64,000 bases of DNA. Source: Curvularia clavata. Lineage: Eukaryota. Positions 61,467 to 64,000 of this stretch are shown one piece after another (position 1 is the stretch's first letter; each line of letters opens with the position of its first letter). The notes under the pieces were generated by a model, which was not told the DNA's origin, made no database searches, and saw only the letters and a program-made list of their open reading frames with translations. The stretch lies in assembly GCA_023920165.1 (NCBI GenBank), contig CP089281.1, positions 1,488,001 to 1,552,000 of the forward strand, in the 5' to 3' direction. The position numbers and the translations under genes are program-made.

Positions 61467-61990
61467 CGTAACGGTATTTTGTAGTCAATACAATATGAAG
61501 CAAAGAAGTTGAGTACAGAAGCACAAGTCAAGACAAGCGGAATTTATACACATAATCACACATGTACCGAGGGCAAGGGCCGGCAATACCGAAACACATG
61601 GTCTACTGCGATTGATTGATTGACTGCTAAGTGGTCGGCTTATCGGCCAAGAACGCAACTGCTGTGGAGCGCTAGTATCCTCCACTACCCCGCAGCGGGG
61701 ACATGGAACCTGAGCAGAGCTTGTTGTTGATCTCGGGAATGAGTCCGTGTGGCATTGGGATTGTATGGCGAGTTTCCATCATTGAACACACATCTTGTAC
61801 CACACTTGGGACTGTATATAAAACTCTCTGTCGGCTCTCGAATGTGCGGTATGCTATTAGGGCTTTCCTGAAATGCCAAGCTCGAGCTCTAGGATGGGAA
61901 ATTAATGTATGGATGCATAATCCTTTGGCCTGTATGGACCGCAATGTTGTCCCAATCAGCCTTAGCGCAAGGCGTATTTGACTACTCGAA

Positions 61991-63746
61991 TCAGGTTCGC
62001 TTCAGTGCTGACTTTAACTCCTTCAGCGCAGCCATTACAAGAGGAACTGTGATTGGGCCTAGCAAGGGTAGGTAGACAGCGACCTTGTGCTCATCTGGGA
62101 AGTAAACTTGGCCAACCATAGAGCGCTCGAAGAAAGCCTTCTCAGCCTCTACCTCTGCAGCCCGTGCATGTTCTAGCGCGTTAGGGAACCTTCCGTCTCG
62201 GAGATAGTCGCAAGCTTGCTGCAGATGAGCAATAGTGCGATGTGTGGACTGAGCCACGTTATCAGGAACTGGAATAGAAGGAAGCTTCTGATATACTTGG
62301 GCTAGGGCCCCTAGAGTAGATGAGGCAGAGAAGATCAGTGAAGCAGCTCGTACGCGTTCCAACGTTGAAATGCGCAGAGGAAGCGATGCTGGGCTTTGGG
62401 GTAGGCCAAACAGCGAGATGAGTTGATTGGAAAAAGTGTGCATGGCTGGCGCGAGCATGTCTGCAGTGAGAGCTGACGGTGTATCTGACTCAGACTCGAG
62501 ATTCAGGATATGCACACCTCCCCATTGAGGAATCAGCCAGCTATTGCCGCCATTCTCCTTTATCAGCAATGGAGATTGCGCGCGATCCGGAACGTAGAGG
62601 ATAAAGTTGACTGTTGGTCCCTCGCCAATGCTAGGGCTTAGGGGCCATTCGGCGGCGTTTACGAAACCGCTTAGATCTTCTTTGCGAAGTGTCCACGCTT
62701 TTCTTTCTTCATCATATTCCGGCTGTCGAATGGAGGGCGTATAGGTGGCATATAGCTGGACTTGAGTGTCAACAGTAAAGTTACTGATGGCAGAGAGCGC
62801 GCCAAGGAGAGGGCTCATGTAGCTTTCGAGCGCCGCCTCAATGTCCCATTTGGAGGGTGCGAATGATGGACTGAAGAGGGAAAAGGTCAGATGGTATGTA
62901 GGGGCATATTTGAGAGCGCGAGTAGATTGACGTTGGAGCTCTGCTGTTGTTTCGGGAGAGAGAGCTTTGATCTTAGCAGCATGCGCGTCAGAGGAAGCCG
63001 AGAGTACATGGGCTAACTGAGCCTGCTCTTCTGCGAAGATGTTGTGTAATTCTTGGGCAAGAAAGGTAGCGAGGCTCGAGCCAGTCGAGGATTGCGCAGG
63101 AATCTGGTTGGGCGAGTAGTATACATCCAGGGTAGCGGAGTAGGGCTGCAGGTGCGAGCGAGGCGTTGTGCCGGTTTCGACAGGTATCAGACGTACAACC
63201 AGAACTATGTCCTTATCGTCACTAGGAATGCTTGTTCCGTCACGGATCACTTGTTGCGAGGCATTGGGTTGGAACGGCGGATCGGCGAGCATCAGACGGA
63301 GATGGTGTGCTGAGAAGTCGTTGATGTCGTCGAGAGTATGTTGAGTGGTGCGTATAAGGTGCTCCACGTCAGGCGAGGGGATTGTAGCTTCGACGGCTAT
63401 GCGCAGAGGGAAGACTGGCTTGCAGACCTGCAATCGTGTCAACTTGGGTTGCCCTTGGATGCGCATAGCGCAATCATACCTTGGCCTCAGCCCAGTCAGT
63501 CATTTCCTGCAGCGGCAATTCCGCCCGATATATGGCTGTCGTCTTCAGCCATACCGGTAGTCCTAGGAATAAGACGACGGCCCAAAAGGAGATAATTGAC
63601 CATCGCCGCAGCCACAGGCTTTCTGTTGTCTCTGGGGGGAGCTTCTTCTGTGCCTTTGCAGCGACTGCTGGCGCCACTGAAGATGATTGCGATGGCTGCT
63701 TTGAATCGGCCGTCGGCGACGCGTCTGCGTCTGTTGCTGCCGCCAT
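61991..63746 (-). CDS. GPI17: GPI transamidase component PIG-S/Gpi17
   Basis: SFWAVVLFLGLPVWLKTTAIYRAELP. Intron 63428-63479. LSGFVNAAEW, SWLIPQWGG, AEKAFFERSMVGQVYFPDEHKVAVYLPLLGP. Confidence 0.95.
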
Positions 63747-64000
63747 GTTGGGTTGGGGTTGTCGAGTGTTACTCTGGACGATGTCGCGCCATGATGCGCG
63801 TCCGTGCGCGTCTCCACTAAGTAGGCCGAGAGTTCTGTTGTATCACTGTTTGTTGACCTTCCTCAACAGCCAGTTTGCATAGCTATATCAGGAGAGGCCG
63901 GTGTTATATTCACAATTTCATATCCATGTTTTCCATCTGAACCTCTTTTCCGTTTGGCGAGGACCGCTGTGCACGTGAACACCCGTCTCGTCCACGCATC

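Overview
Gene-dense, intron-containing euchromatin from a filamentous ascomycete (Pezizomycotina, probably a Dothideomycete; this is inferred from gene content, short GT-AG introns and CTRAC branch points). I can build about 25 protein-coding gene models by hand. Most are housekeeping genes: LIP2, POP7/Rpp20, VPS64/FAR10-like, MGR2, THO1-like, a PHO84-like transporter, RPL37, FAB1 and GPI17. The rest are a septin-like GTPase, a SET/MYND protein, a LisH-WD40 protein, an RRM protein, two MFS transporters, an F-box protein, a P450, a TPP1/Est3-like OB-fold protein, a secreted alpha/beta-hydrolase, a MARVEL protein, a beta-hydroxyacid-dehydrogenase-like protein, a beta-lactamase-family esterase and two orphans. 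I found no intact transposon, tRNA, rRNA, snRNA, CRISPR array or biosynthetic backbone gene, and I cannot demonstrate a wholly new multi-gene system. The best leads are: (i) a large TPP1/Tpz1-like shelterin candidate with an unexplained C-terminal domain and an MCB2-type element; (ii) a tail-anchored septin-like GTPase; (iii) two cis-motifs that recur in separate promoters (TATCGATAAAGAT and GACGCGACGCG); (iv) non-canonical splice sites (a GAG acceptor and a possible GC donor); (v) a P450 with an atypical I-helix and a C-terminal insertion. All exon boundaries are manual predictions without transcript evidence.
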